Assembly: GCA_965237675.1 (NCBI GenBank) | Contig: OZ250150.1 | Location: 3,584,001 to 3,648,000, forward strand | DNA: 64,000 nucleotides | Source of the DNA: Candidatus Latescibacterota bacterium | GTDB lineage: Bacteria > Latescibacterota > UBA2968 > GCA-2709665 | Direction of reading: 5' to 3' | In this document: positions 48,237 to 58,957 of the stretch, in pieces | Layout: each line of letters begins with the position of its first letter | Numbering within the stretch: position 1 is the stretch's first letter | Position numbers and translations under genes: made by a program | The notes under the pieces: generated by a model | What the model saw: only the letters and a program-made list of their open reading frames with translations | What the model was told of the DNA's origin: nothing | Database searches by the model: none

Positions 48237-51200
48237 ATGTTCAAACGCATTCCCATTCGGCTGATTTTCCTGATCTGCGCAGGTTTCTGCGCCTCGGCGG
48301 GCGCGGCGCCGCCGCCGGAACAGTTGACCCTCTTCGATCTGGAGCGGTCCTTTCGGGCCGATGGCAGTCGGGGTCCCTATCGACTTTACTGGAGGGCACC
48401 TGGGTCCCATACTGGAGGGCAGCGAAGGGGTCTGGGTCGGCGACAGCCTGCTAGTTCGGGGCCTGGACTACGAAATGGACCACGCCGCCGGGTTGCTGGT
48501 GTTGGCGCAGGAACGCCCCCGGGGCACCGAAATTCTCGTGCGGTTTCGGCAACTGCCAGAGGTTCTGGCCCAGGTCTACAGACGCCGTGAGCGAAACCTT
48601 CAACGGGCCCCGGAACGGCCGCCCCCCGCCCGGCGTCGAAGGCGTCACACAACGGCTGATGCGTCGGAATCGCATACCGAGGCCTTGTCGCGGCTGGATG
48701 TGGGCGGCGCCAAACGCATTCAGGTCACGGTGGGCGGAAATAGGGACCTTGAACTGAGCCAGGCGCTTCGGGTGCATATAACGGGGCAGATGGCGGATGG
48801 CGTCGAAGTGGCCGCAATGCTATCGGATCGTAACCTCCCGTTGGGACTCGAAGGCAGCACCCGTAACCTTCAGGAACTGGATCGCGTGATGTTTCAGATT
48901 CGTTCCCGGAAGGTTTCGGCCTCGCTTGGCGATCTGGACGTCGCATTTGACGGCACCACGTTTGGACGGTATCGCCGTAGGCTTCACGGTGCGCATCTCG
49001 CGCTCTCGTCTTACGGCGCGGACGTCGAATTGTTCGGGGCCGTCGCCAACGGACGTTGGATAAGCCACCGTATCCTCCCCATTGAAGGATACCAGGGCCC
49101 GTACCGACTGCCCGGCGACACCGCGGCTCCGGGAGGGCACATTGTCGCGGGTTCCGAGCGGGTATATCGGGACGGACGTATGCTGCGCCGCGGCGAGGGC
49201 CAGGATTACGTCGTGGACTACGAATTGTCCACCATCACGTTCACCCCCGTCATGCCGATCAACGGTCAGAGCCGCATAACGGTGGAATACCAGTTCGACG
49301 TGCCTGGTTCCCGCCGGCGCCTGATGGGTGCGCGCGGCACGCTGGCGCTATCGGACGACCGGTTGCAGGTTGGGGGCACGTTTATCCGTGAGGCAGACCG
49401 GGAAGGCGGCGTCCAGGGTGTCGGTATTTCCGTACCACCCTTTCGACCCTCGCGGCGGCAGTTGGCGGTGCTGGATGCCGCTTATTCTCCAATTGGGGGC
49501 GTCCGGCTCGATGGCGAACTGGCGATGAGCGCGTTACCCTCGGAGGCGGGCGCGCGGAAGCAACGACGAGGGCGGGCTCTTCGGCTCGGATTGGACCTGT
49601 GGCCGGCCGCGCTGCGGTTGGGCGGTTATGCCCTGGGGCGGTTTCGAATAACGGGCGCCTACAGGCAGGTCGGCGCAGAGTTCAGTGCGGTCGATCGGAT
49701 CGTACAGGTAAATCGTGAGGGGCGGTGGGGCTGGCAGGCCGACGCGCCGGGGGCGGGAGACCGGATGAGCGAAGTCGCGTTGCATTACGCGCTGAAGCCC
49801 GGTATCCGGTTCGATGCCGGCTATGGGCGACGACGGGGAAAAGTAACGGCGACCCGGCGCGAGGTCGGCGTGCAGATTTCCGATTCAAATGCGCCGCAGG
49901 TGTTCTATCGGTTCGACGAAGTGTCCCACGGGTCCGGGCTGTTTGCCAGGCATCAGGGCCGCGTCAGGGCTCCGATGCGATGGATCACGCCGGGATTCCG
50001 GTTCGAGTCGGAGACGGCAACGGGGTCGGCTGTTTCACATTCGACGCTTTTCTATGCATCGGTCGTGGATTCGGCGCCAGGCGGAATACGCATCAGGGCG
50101 GGCACGTGGGATCTATCCACACGCGTGATGGGCGTCCTGGCGTGGACGTCGGAAATCTCGATTCGGCGTATACACCTGCTGGAGCGTGCCTGGCAGGACA
50201 GCCTGCGGGCATGGACAGCAACCCACCGCGCCGGGATTTCCGGCTGGCGCGGATTGTCGTTTTCCGGCGAGTACAGCCGGAGCAGGACAAAATCCCCATT
50301 GCATCCGACGACGGAACGCGTGACGGACCTGGCCAGAATAAGGTGGGGGTACGCCGTTTTAAACGGCGCCGTTTCCCACAGATTTTCCTATCGGATTTCC
50401 AGCACGGGGGCGCCCAACAGACAGCCGGTGTACGTCGTCCTCGGGCCGGGTCGAGGTACGCATGTCTGGGAGGACGTGGATGGCGACGGGCTTCAGGATC
50501 CGGAGGAGTTTGTGGCAGACGTGGACGGCGAATATATGCGGTATTTCAGCCCGGCCATCGGATTTCGTCCGGTGCGTGACGCCGCCCTCTCTGCCCGGAC
50601 GGAGTTGGTACTGAAGCGGTTGCTGCGATCTCCCGCTGGTAAGTGGATGCGTATCCTGGCCGGGATGTCGCTGGACATCTCCCTGCATGCCGACCGGCAG
50701 GTGCCGCCGGCCCAGGCCGGCGTGGCGCCCTGGAATATGTACGGTTTCGGTTCTGGCGAGGGGATTCTCCACGGACGGCGCGAATTGGAAACGCGACTTT
50801 ACCTGTTTCGATATCGCCGTCCGGCCACCTTCCGTCTATCCACCCGCCAGGGTTCCCGCGTGGATCGGGCCTTCACCGACGGCGGGATGGAGACGACGTC
50901 GCAGGTGTCCGCGCAGGGACGGTTTGCCGTGGGACGGGCATTGTCTGTGGAAGTGGAAATGCACGGAGAACAACGCGACCGACCCGGCGATGGACCGTTT
51001 TTTTACCGGATTCGATCCCGGCGAGCTTCCATGAGCGCGTATCGGCACAAACCAGGGGCGTGGCAGACGCGGATGGAACTGGCGTTCGGACGAGACCGGG
51101 AGCAAAACCGGGCGCTGGTGGCCCGTTTTCTGTCGGTGCGCCCGGAATTGCGGCGAGCGCTGCCGGGTCGCGGGCGGTTGCGTACCTCCTGGGATTGGAC

Positions 51201-51402
51201 CCGCGTCTTCTCGTCGGGATCCCTGCCGCTGTTCCTGGGAATGGCCCGTGGTAACCGGGCGGGAAATAACATGGGCTGGCGTCTGGGTGTGGACTATCGG
51301 CTGGGTCGGTATCTGACGGCGATGATCGTGTACGACGGACGTAAACGTCCTGACAAACCGGTCCTGCATCTGGGGCGTATGGAGATGCGGGCTTTATTCT
51401 GA
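48237..51402 (+). CDS. Large outer-membrane/exported protein, frameshifted near 48390 (possible pseudogene or sequence error)
   Basis: Signal peptide lies in the frame of ORF 48237 and the body in the frame of ORF 48361; beta-strand-rich C-terminus ending in F; the 12-bp direct repeat TACTGGAGGGCA sits at the junction. Confidence 0.7.
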
Positions 51403-51592
51403 GAAGCTGTTTTGAAATTCCCGGTGCGTTCCCGAGCGCGAGCGAAAAGGTGTCGGTCCAGGCGGGCGGACCCTCCAATATCTGAAGATACGGGTGGGTT
51501 CGACCAACGACGACCGACGCTTTTGCAGCCGCCTGCCTTGCCTGCGGCAGCAGGCAGGCGCGAAGACCGCTGGGGGTTTTAAGACAGCTTCT
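51402..51592. mobile_element. MITE-like element, family F (about 190 bp)
   Basis: Imperfect terminal inverted repeats AGAAGCTGTTTTGAAA / TTTTAAGACAGCTTCT; internal CCTGCC...GGCAGG palindrome; abuts a stop codon. Confidence 0.55.
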
Positions 51593-51697
51593 GAAAGGCG
51601 CGGCGTGTTTCGGTATGGATGTCAGATCACCCACGGACTCTTGTTCAGGGTAATGGGCCGATGCTTGGTGCCGGCTTCGACACGGCCGCTCCCATTC

Positions 51698-53410
51698 ATG
51701 GGGAATGGACGTGTATGGCTCTATTGCCTCGTTATTCACCTTCTGGTAGGGGTATCGGTGGAAGCGTCCGCGATGGATCGCGTCCTCGCGCGTAACGTGC
51801 GGATTGAAGGGGCGGCCCGGATTTCCGAGGATCGCGTTCGGAGCTGGCTGGTAACGCGCGTCGGGCTGCCGGTTGACAGCCTGTTTCTTCAGAAGGACAT
51901 GGTGCGAATTCTGGATGGATATCGAGACGAGGGGTACTGGCAGGTATCCGTTGCGTTTCCGGAGGTGGACGTGCATCGCGGGCGTGTGCGTTTTCGAATC
52001 GAAGAGGGACGGCGGACGGTCATCGATAGGGTCGAAATCTCAGGAAACGAACATGCGGCAGCGGACTCCCTGATCAACGCGATGATCACCCGTCGGGGGG
52101 CGCCGCTGATAAGGAAATCCCTGGAGTCAGACCTGGAGACGCTCGTTCGTTTTTACGAAAACCGCGGGTATCCCCATTGTTCTCTGGCGCCGGAGGTGAC
52201 GGTGTCGCCCGGGAGCGACACGGTGGGGTTTCGGATAGAGGTCGATGAAGGCCCCTTTGTACGGGTGGATACGATTCGCTTCGTGGGCAATCGGATCACA
52301 CGTGTCGAGACACTGCTTCGGGAGATGCGTATGGCGCAGGGGGAGCCTTACGATCAGCGCCGGGTGGACAGGGCTCTGCTTGCGCTGAAGCGTCTGCCGT
52401 TTCTGCTGGGTGTGGATGACGCGACGTTGAATACCGAGTCTGACGGACGTGCGGCACTGGTGATTTCCGTCCACGAGGCGCCGCCGGGCCGGGCCCAAGG
52501 AGTTGTGGGCGTTGCGCCCGCATCAAGAGACCGTGCGCAAGGCCTGACCGGATCGTTTGCCATCGCTTTCAACAATTTGCTGGGAACCGGACGGCGCACG
52601 GACGCCTCGTGGACGCGTCGTGGGAACGCGGCGTCCGATCTGGATCTGCTCTATGTGGAACCCTGGATTTCGGGTCGGCCACTCGACCTGGAGGCGACGC
52701 TTCTGATGCGCCAACGGCCCGGGTTTGCCGAGAACCGCATGGGGCTTGGAATCAGTTTGTCCACGATCAGCGGCGCTGACGTTCGGTTGGGCGTTTCCCG
52801 GGGCGGCGTCCGGCCGAATTCAAGCGGGGCGAGCGGGTTTGTGAAGGGCGGTCTGTGGTCTCTGGACGGTTTGCTCGAATTCGACCGCCGGGATGATCGG
52901 TGGAATCCGATGTCGGGTTCACTGTATGGCATCGGGATCGTCTGGAGTCGCGTGTCACAGGACAGCCGCACCGGCCATCGGTTGCGCTTCGAGGCGGATC
53001 TGCATCGGTATTTGGCGTCAGGGCGGCGCACAGCGTTTGCCGCCTCTCTCCATGGCGCGGGAGTGGTGGAAAACGGCGTCGCCCTTCCGGATGGACCCTT
53101 GCGATTGGGGGGAGCGACGTCGATTCGAGGTTACCGCGAGGAGGCGTTTCTGGTGAATCGGGCAGTCTGGATGAATCTGGAGTGGCGGCTTATTCTGGCA
53201 GGTCGATCACGGGCGTTTCTGTTCGTCGATGCCGGCATTCTGGGGGATGCCGCCGTGGATGAAACGAATGGCTTGCACTTCCCCGTAGGGTTCGGGCTGG
53301 GGTTGCGAACCGTGTCCCGGCTGGGGACCATCGGACTGGATTACGGTTTGACAAGAACGGATAATCTGGGTAGGGGAAAAGTGCACGTGCATATGGTGAA
53401 TGCGTTTTAG
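51698..53410 (+). CDS. Omp85 family (BamA/TamA-like) outer membrane protein with POTRA domains
   Basis: Signal peptide, about 3 POTRA repeats (IEEG...I..V.ISGN, YENRGY), SIRGY lid-lock-like motif, GFGLGLR, terminal F; start moved to ATG 51698. Confidence 0.85.
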   Translation: MGNGRVWLYCLVIHLLVGVSVEASAMDRVLARNVRIEGAARISEDRVRSWLVTRVGLPVDSLFLQKDMVRILDGYRDEGYWQVSVAFPEVDVHRGRVRFRIEEGRRTVIDRVEISGNEHAAADSLINAMITRRGAPLIRKSLESDLETLVRFYENRGYPHCSLAPEVTVSPGSDTVGFRIEVDEGPFVRVDTIRFVGNRITRVETLLREMRMAQGEPYDQRRVDRALLALKRLPFLLGVDDATLNTESDGRAALVISVHEAPPGRAQGVVGVAPASRDRAQGLTGSFAIAFNNLLGTGRRTDASWTRRGNAASDLDLLYVEPWISGRPLDLEATLLMRQRPGFAENRMGLGISLSTISGADVRLGVSRGGVRPNSSGASGFVKGGLWSLDGLLEFDRRDDRWNPMSGSLYGIGIVWSRVSQDSRTGHRLRFEADLHRYLASGRRTAFAASLHGAGVVENGVALPDGPLRLGGATSIRGYREEAFLVNRAVWMNLEWRLILAGRSRAFLFVDAGILGDAAVDETNGLHFPVGFGLGLRTVSRLGTIGLDYGLTRTDNLGRGKVHVHMVNAF

Positions 53411-53439
53411 TGGCGTGTCCCGGGAATCGATCTGCCCGT

Positions 53440-54255
53440 TCAAAAAGGGAATAGTACGGGGATATTTTCGGGTGTGAGATCCGCGCCGTATTCGCATACC
53501 TGAAAGGCCTCCGCATACCGGATCTGCCGTCCACGTCTATCCCCGTATCGTCTCACGAGAAGGTCGCGGTGGCGGTCCGCAACGGCCTTGAACTGCTCCA
53601 GCCTGTGTTCCAGCCATTTTCTGCGTTCGCGGGATGATTCCGGTACTCCGTCGAGTATGCCGGCATTGTAGGGTAGCCACTCGTACATCTGGGAGGTGTG
53701 GCAATGCAGTATGTCGAGTTTCTTGTCGACGACGGCGTCGATGTCGATTGCCACTTCGGGCGTAAAGGGTGCGGGAGACCTGAAGTTATCGCTCATGTAG
53801 GCGATCACGGGGTTGTAAGATAGCGCAGGTACGTCCGTACAGACGTTGGGGACCGTGACCATGTAGGCGGCGTCCTGCACGAGAATGGCCGTGTACCGAT
53901 GGTCCGGATGGTAGTCGTTGGGCCGATGGGTGAGGATGAGGTCCGGCGTGTAGGAGCGGATCATACGGATGACGTTCTTGCGGTTTTCCAACGTGGGCTC
54001 CAGCTCTCCGTCGTGGTTGTCCATCACGTGATATTCGATGCCGGCCACGGCGCCTGCGGCTTCGGCTTCCGCACGGCGCCTGCGCGCGAGAGCGATGCCC
54101 CCTATCTCATGATGGCCGGCGTCTCCGTTTGTCACGGAAACGAAACGCACCTCGTGGCCGAGAGCCGCGTAGTTGATTGCAAGTCCGCCGGCTTTGATAT
54201 CGCAGTCGTCGGGATGCGCCCCGAAGACGATGATTCTGAGGGGTCGTTTCGGCAC
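53440..54255 (-). CDS. PIG-L/LmbE family deacetylase
   Basis: GAHPDD, TNGDAG, RRAEA, DYHPDH, CHTSQ, YAEAF; start moved to GTG 54255. Confidence 0.9.
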   Translation of the reverse strand: MPKRPLRIIVFGAHPDDCDIKAGGLAINYAALGHEVRFVSVTNGDAGHHEIGGIALARRRRAEAEAAGAVAGIEYHVMDNHDGELEPTLENRKNVIRMIRSYTPDLILTHRPNDYHPDHRYTAILVQDAAYMVTVPNVCTDVPALSYNPVIAYMSDNFRSPAPFTPEVAIDIDAVVDKKLDILHCHTSQMYEWLPYNAGILDGVPESSRERRKWLEHRLEQFKAVADRHRDLLVRRYGDRRGRQIRYAEAFQVCEYGADLTPENIPVLFPF

Positions 54256-54262
54256 GGTGTGC

Positions 54263-55975
54263 TCAGTTCGAGTTCGGGTGGTAAACGGCCTGGATCGAAA
54301 TGTCCGTCCGGTCCCCGGGAATGGACACGAGGCTGACGTTTTCACGGTATCGGACATCCACATCCGGACGCGCCGCGTTGCCATCCACGAGGATCTCATT
54401 GATTGGCGCGCCGGCGAATTGTTGTGGAATCAGGATGCGGAGATCGGGGTGAGGCGAATGGCCTTGAAGGTTGAAGCTCAGAACTGAACCGTTCCAGTCC
54501 AGGTCGGTGAAAAACCACGTATCGCGTGCACTCCAGAAGGCCGCCCACTGGTCGAAGGACCAGATTGGCAGGCCTTTTTCGTTTGCCTGACGGAGCAGTT
54601 CCCTGCCCTGTGCTTCCGAAAATTTCACCCAGTTTCCCGGGTGGATACAGACGCCGTAGGGTGTGTGGAACCGGGTCGTAATATCGGTGAAGATGCGCTC
54701 CAGCATAACCGAGAATACAGGTGGTGACAGCTTGTAGGAGTAATCCTGCGGGCCGAACATGCCGTCGTCGATGGCGTGGGTGTGCTGCTGGTAGACGTTG
54801 ACGAGGCGACCGTCCGGGTGGCAGAAGCGCATGGGAAGTGCCGCGCCGAAGGACGCGTAGGGCGCGCCCTCCCTGTCTCTCATATAGGTTCCCGAAAAGT
54901 AGTTGCCGTCCATCAGCACACCGAGTTTTTCCATGATGTCCACGAGATCCAGGTAGCCGGCCCACGCGGTGCAGTGATTGCGCAAGGTACGTGCGGGAAT
55001 TCGGAACATCTCTTCGAAAAGGCGGATCTGACGCTCAAATTCCGCGACGCGTTCCTGTACCGGACGGCCATCCAGCGGGCGAAGGTTCGGGTGCGGTCCG
55101 ATATCGTGGGTTTTGGCATATCTCGCAACGTCCTCGGCCGTGGATTTGGTGTGGGTGGGGATGATGTACAGGCTCATGCGTCCACCTGCACCGGCGACGC
55201 CGTCGAACTCATCCTCGTTCGACGCCACGTCGGCATAATCCTCGTCTCCGGAGTAGAGCAGGATGCCCCGGGCGGTGTGGGGCAGGTGGGACAGAAAGGG
55301 CGTCGGCGCAGGCAGGTAACGGCGGGCCAGGTCCACCAACAGCCGGGAGAGCAGGTCGGCGTGAGGGATCCAGCCGGCGTCGTGTGGGCCCACGCGGGCG
55401 GCCATGTGCGATGGCCGGGCGCAACCGTCTCCGTCGGGGATGCATTCGGCAAGGTCGGGGTCGCCCTGGCGAAGCACCAGGACGCAGCGGGGCAGGTCAA
55501 AGGCGAAGGCAACGATTCTCCCACCGCCGAGGCGGGTTTCCGAAATGCCCACGGTTTCGCCTTCATAGCGCCCCGGGTGGGACAGAAAGGCCAGCGGTTT
55601 CGCGGTTTCCGCGTGTTCCCACGCCTGGACGTCACCCAACACGGGAACGCGTTCGCCTGCCAGGCCGCCGGTGGGATACGCGGTGTTGCGCAGACGTAGC
55701 GGCGGTTTTTTCGCGCCCAGGACCGTCAATCCGGCCGCGCCGGCAAGCGTCTTTTCTGGAAGGAAGCAGAGGACGGTGCCACCCCGGCGGGCGTAGTCCA
55801 CGAGCGGGGCTTCGTCCTGATGTGCCGGACAGACGAGCACCGGGATATCGGCCGGTTCCAGGGTGGGAACCCGGTCGTGGGAAATGGCCCGAAAGAGCGG
55901 CAAACCCCAGGTCTTGAAAATCTCGGCAATGTACGCCGAAAGGTTGGACGGGTCTGTCAGAATACCAATCTGCAT
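54263..55975 (-). CDS. Putative polysaccharide deacetylase-like protein with N-terminal glutamine-amidotransferase-like domain
   Basis: SGDED, IGPHP, RNH, IHP motifs reminiscent of NodB/CE4-type folds; the 64-codon extension in the ORF track is mostly MITE sequence. Confidence 0.55.
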   Translation of the reverse strand: MQIGILTDPSNLSAYIAEIFKTWGLPLFRAISHDRVPTLEPADIPVLVCPAHQDEAPLVDYARRGGTVLCFLPEKTLAGAAGLTVLGAKKPPLRLRNTAYPTGGLAGERVPVLGDVQAWEHAETAKPLAFLSHPGRYEGETVGISETRLGGGRIVAFAFDLPRCVLVLRQGDPDLAECIPDGDGCARPSHMAARVGPHDAGWIPHADLLSRLLVDLARRYLPAPTPFLSHLPHTARGILLYSGDEDYADVASNEDEFDGVAGAGGRMSLYIIPTHTKSTAEDVARYAKTHDIGPHPNLRPLDGRPVQERVAEFERQIRLFEEMFRIPARTLRNHCTAWAGYLDLVDIMEKLGVLMDGNYFSGTYMRDREGAPYASFGAALPMRFCHPDGRLVNVYQQHTHAIDDGMFGPQDYSYKLSPPVFSVMLERIFTDITTRFHTPYGVCIHPGNWVKFSEAQGRELLRQANEKGLPIWSFDQWAAFWSARDTWFFTDLDWNGSVLSFNLQGHSPHPDLRILIPQQFAGAPINEILVDGNAARPDVDVRYRENVSLVSIPGDRTDISIQAVYHPNSN

Positions 55976-55990
55976 TATCCGGTCCCTTCT

Positions 55991-56150
55991 CAGTCCATTG
56001 AAAAAGTTGCTCTGCAGGCGAGGCCGAGCCATTGTGACCGAAGACGAGGCGCGCGACCTAGTCGAATCGGGGGATTCGGGGAGGGAGCGCAACGCAGTAA
56101 TTCGGCCACAAGAGCCGGCCGCAGCCCGGATGGACTTTTTCGACGGGCTG
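55991..56150. mobile_element. MITE family E, copy 2 (about 160 bp)
   Basis: Terminal inverted repeats CAGTCCATTGAAAAAG / CTTTTTCGACGGGCTG; near-identical to 47958-48116. Confidence 0.8.
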
Positions 56151-57311
56151 TTAGGGCATAACGCCATTGGGCCTGGCGTCCGTGGGGCGGAAGTCGGGCA
56201 CCTTCATGGCTTGGGTCCCCCGGTCGATGGAATCCGCCGCGAGGATGGCCGGCGCGGCGGTCTCGATGGCACGGTAGACGTCGAATTCCATCGCCTTCCC
56301 CTCGCGGACGGCGTCACGGAACGTGGCGTGCACGTAATAGTCGGCATCGCCGTGGCCGCTTGACACCGCTTCGGGCGGCGCGTCGGTACACTCAAAGCGC
56401 CAGTCGACCTCGGCCATGTCGTGCATATGGTCGTCGGCCAGCCACATGAGCGGACGCCCTCTTTGTGAACGTTTCCACTCAACACTGCCCCTTGTACCGA
56501 GCACCTGGTACCAGTGGTGGCCCCTGCGGCTGGGGATTTTCTGTGTGAATCCCGTGGCCATCCTCAAAATCGCATCCTTTTCGGTTTTCATCAGGGCCAC
56601 CTGGATGTCGGGCTGGCCGATTTCGGGATGGGAATAACTGGGCTTGCCGGTGCTCATGGCCGTCACCTCCACCACCCGGTCGTTCAGTACCCTGAGCATG
56701 GGACTGAGTTCGTGAGGAAGGTAGTGGATGGGCGGCATTTCGTGAATCCAGGTCGGTCTGGCCCCGGGGTGCTCGCCCAGTTGCTCGACCGTACAGAATT
56801 CACCATTGTTCGGATCCTGAAAGAACTGCCGCGTGCCGTAGTAGCCGATATACTGGCCTTCGCAGAAGGTGACCCTGCCCAGCCGGCCCCGCGCCACAAG
56901 GTCGCGCCAGGTTTCCACGAAACCCCAATACCTCGTTTGCTCGGCCAGTTGGTAGACCAGGCCGGTGCGTTCTACCTGAGTAACGATCCGCCAGCAGTCT
57001 TCCAGAGTGTGGGCGGCGGGCACCTCGGAGTTCACGTGTTTACCGGCTTCAAGGGCCCTGGCGGCCAGCGCGCCCTGTTCTTTGCAACGGACGCACAGGG
57101 CAATGGCGTCCACATTTCCGTCCGCCAGGATGTCATCGTACGCCGTATAGGCAATGGTCGGATTGTCAAGCGCGGCGAGCGCCCGGTCGTGCAGCGCGGC
57201 GATGGGGTCGCACAAGGCGGTGATGCGGTAACCGCTGAGACGTTGTAAGAGGCGCAGCCAGTGCAAGCCCCGGTGTCCGAGGCCGACGAGGCCGATGCGT
57301 ATGTCATCCAT
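56151..57311 (-). CDS. Gfo/Idh/MocA family oxidoreductase
   Basis: IRIGLVGLGHRG, GKHVNSEVP, AEQTRY, GHGDADY. Confidence 0.9.
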   Translation of the reverse strand: MDDIRIGLVGLGHRGLHWLRLLQRLSGYRITALCDPIAALHDRALAALDNPTIAYTAYDDILADGNVDAIALCVRCKEQGALAARALEAGKHVNSEVPAAHTLEDCWRIVTQVERTGLVYQLAEQTRYWGFVETWRDLVARGRLGRVTFCEGQYIGYYGTRQFFQDPNNGEFCTVEQLGEHPGARPTWIHEMPPIHYLPHELSPMLRVLNDRVVEVTAMSTGKPSYSHPEIGQPDIQVALMKTEKDAILRMATGFTQKIPSRRGHHWYQVLGTRGSVEWKRSQRGRPLMWLADDHMHDMAEVDWRFECTDAPPEAVSSGHGDADYYVHATFRDAVREGKAMEFDVYRAIETAAPAILAADSIDRGTQAMKVPDFRPTDARPNGVMP

Positions 57312-57481
57312 GGAGGACCTCTTGAACTTGACAGGCGGACCGCAGATTCCAGGCCCGCATTCAAACTCGGGGGCGGGAACCCCTCCGAATATACGGATCT
57401 ACATGCGACGCGCAAGTGTCCCATCGTCCGGCACGCCACGGCGCCGGCGCCCATTCACGGGCGGACCTGCGCAGGACGAAC

Positions 57482-58753
57482 CTATTTGACGCGTTTTGCG
57501 GGCCGTGGATCTGTGGCTCGATGGAAGTAATAGAGGCCGATACCGCAGGCTACCGCGCCCAGGGCGAAGACGGTGCCGATAGCGAAGGGTAACGCGGGGC
57601 CCCAGTCGATGAGTTTGCCGCCGCCCAGGCTGCCGGAGAGCATGCCGGCACTCCATGCGACGTGCGCGCTGCCGACCACGCGCCCCTTTTCACCCTCGCC
57701 GGCGGTTAACTGGAGGATGCCGGGCATGGTGGTGGAGAGAGACCACGCGAAAACGGAAGCCATAATGCCAAACGTGTACAGGCCGGCAAGTGTGTGGGCG
57801 GACAGCGTCAGACCGACCGCGCTGACGGCAACGAACGAAGATGAGATAAAAACGGGTTTCCATCGGCCGATACGATCAACCAGCCGCCCCGTCAGTAACT
57901 GCGAGCCGCACGCGGCAACCAGGCTGATGGCGCTGTACGTGGTCACGGACGTGTTGGTTCCGGAGATGCGATAGATGAGCAACGGGATGAGAAGGCTCAC
58001 GGCGCCCCAATAACTCGTGGGCAGATATCGAATGCCCAGCAGCAGGCGCACCTCCCTGCGCCGGCAAAGGTCGATATAACCGGCAAGAGATCGGGTGGCC
58101 GATCTACCGGCCTCCGGGGGGCGCGGAAGGCTGGGCAACAGAACGAGGGTAAGGACGATAATCCCCACGGCGGTAACGCAGGCGAGATGTCCCAGCCGCT
58201 CGTATCCCATCGTGTCCGCGACGGGTCCGGCCAGAAGGTTTCCCGCGGCGCTGCCGAGCGTACTGCTGAGGAAATAACCGGCTGAGGCCGTGCCCATAAC
58301 CCGCGCGGAAGCGGCGCCAAGCAGATAGCTCTGCCCGCCCGTACTGCTGAATCCGAACGTCATGCCCAGACCGATACTGAGTGCCGACAGCAGATAGGGG
58401 TCGCCGGTGAGAAAGATGGCGCCCACCAGCAGCGGCCCGAATTGACCGAGAATAAGCACTCGCTTGATGCCGAAGGTGTCGCAAAGCATGCCGGCGGGCA
58501 CGGAGCAGAGCCCTCCCAACAGAAAGAAGAGGCCGCGCAGGCCGGCGGAAAAGAGGGGGGACCGGGAAAGACCCGCTTCAACGTAGACGGGAAGGAGAGA
58601 GGAATAGAGGGGTGCGGAAACAAAACTGGCAAGGAAAGATACGACAAGAAGGGAAACGAAGCGGCGGTTCAGTAGTTCGCAATCGTCTGCGGCGGGTGTG
58701 TCGGACATTATCGAACCGGGTTGGGGCGATTCGCGTTCGAAAACGCTGGACAT
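57482..58753 (-). CDS. MFS transporter
   Basis: Motif A-like GMLCDTFGIK and GRLVDRIGR; about 12 TM segments; start may be 58708. Confidence 0.88.
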   Translation of the reverse strand: MSSVFERESPQPGSIMSDTPAADDCELLNRRFVSLLVVSFLASFVSAPLYSSLLPVYVEAGLSRSPLFSAGLRGLFFLLGGLCSVPAGMLCDTFGIKRVLILGQFGPLLVGAIFLTGDPYLLSALSIGLGMTFGFSSTGGQSYLLGAASARVMGTASAGYFLSSTLGSAAGNLLAGPVADTMGYERLGHLACVTAVGIIVLTLVLLPSLPRPPEAGRSATRSLAGYIDLCRRREVRLLLGIRYLPTSYWGAVSLLIPLLIYRISGTNTSVTTYSAISLVAACGSQLLTGRLVDRIGRWKPVFISSSFVAVSAVGLTLSAHTLAGLYTFGIMASVFAWSLSTTMPGILQLTAGEGEKGRVVGSAHVAWSAGMLSGSLGGGKLIDWGPALPFAIGTVFALGAVACGIGLYYFHRATDPRPAKRVK

Positions 58754-58957
58754 CGGGATACCGCGAAAACATATTTAGGAAGCGTTTTCGGGGCGACGGC
58801 ATATAATGGACGAAAGACGCCGTGATGTCAACAGAAAAGAGCATTCAGGGTTAAGCCGACCTCCGGCGGCAATGATTTCGCCGTCGCGGCCCTTGTTGTC
58901 CCGATTCGCGGGCCGGTATTCGGTATACCCGGGACAGGCGATGTGCAGGAGTCTGGT

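Noticed and set aside
51494-51697. N-terminal extension of the Omp85 protein
   Set aside because: It begins inside MITE-like element F, and the signal peptide follows ATG 51698.
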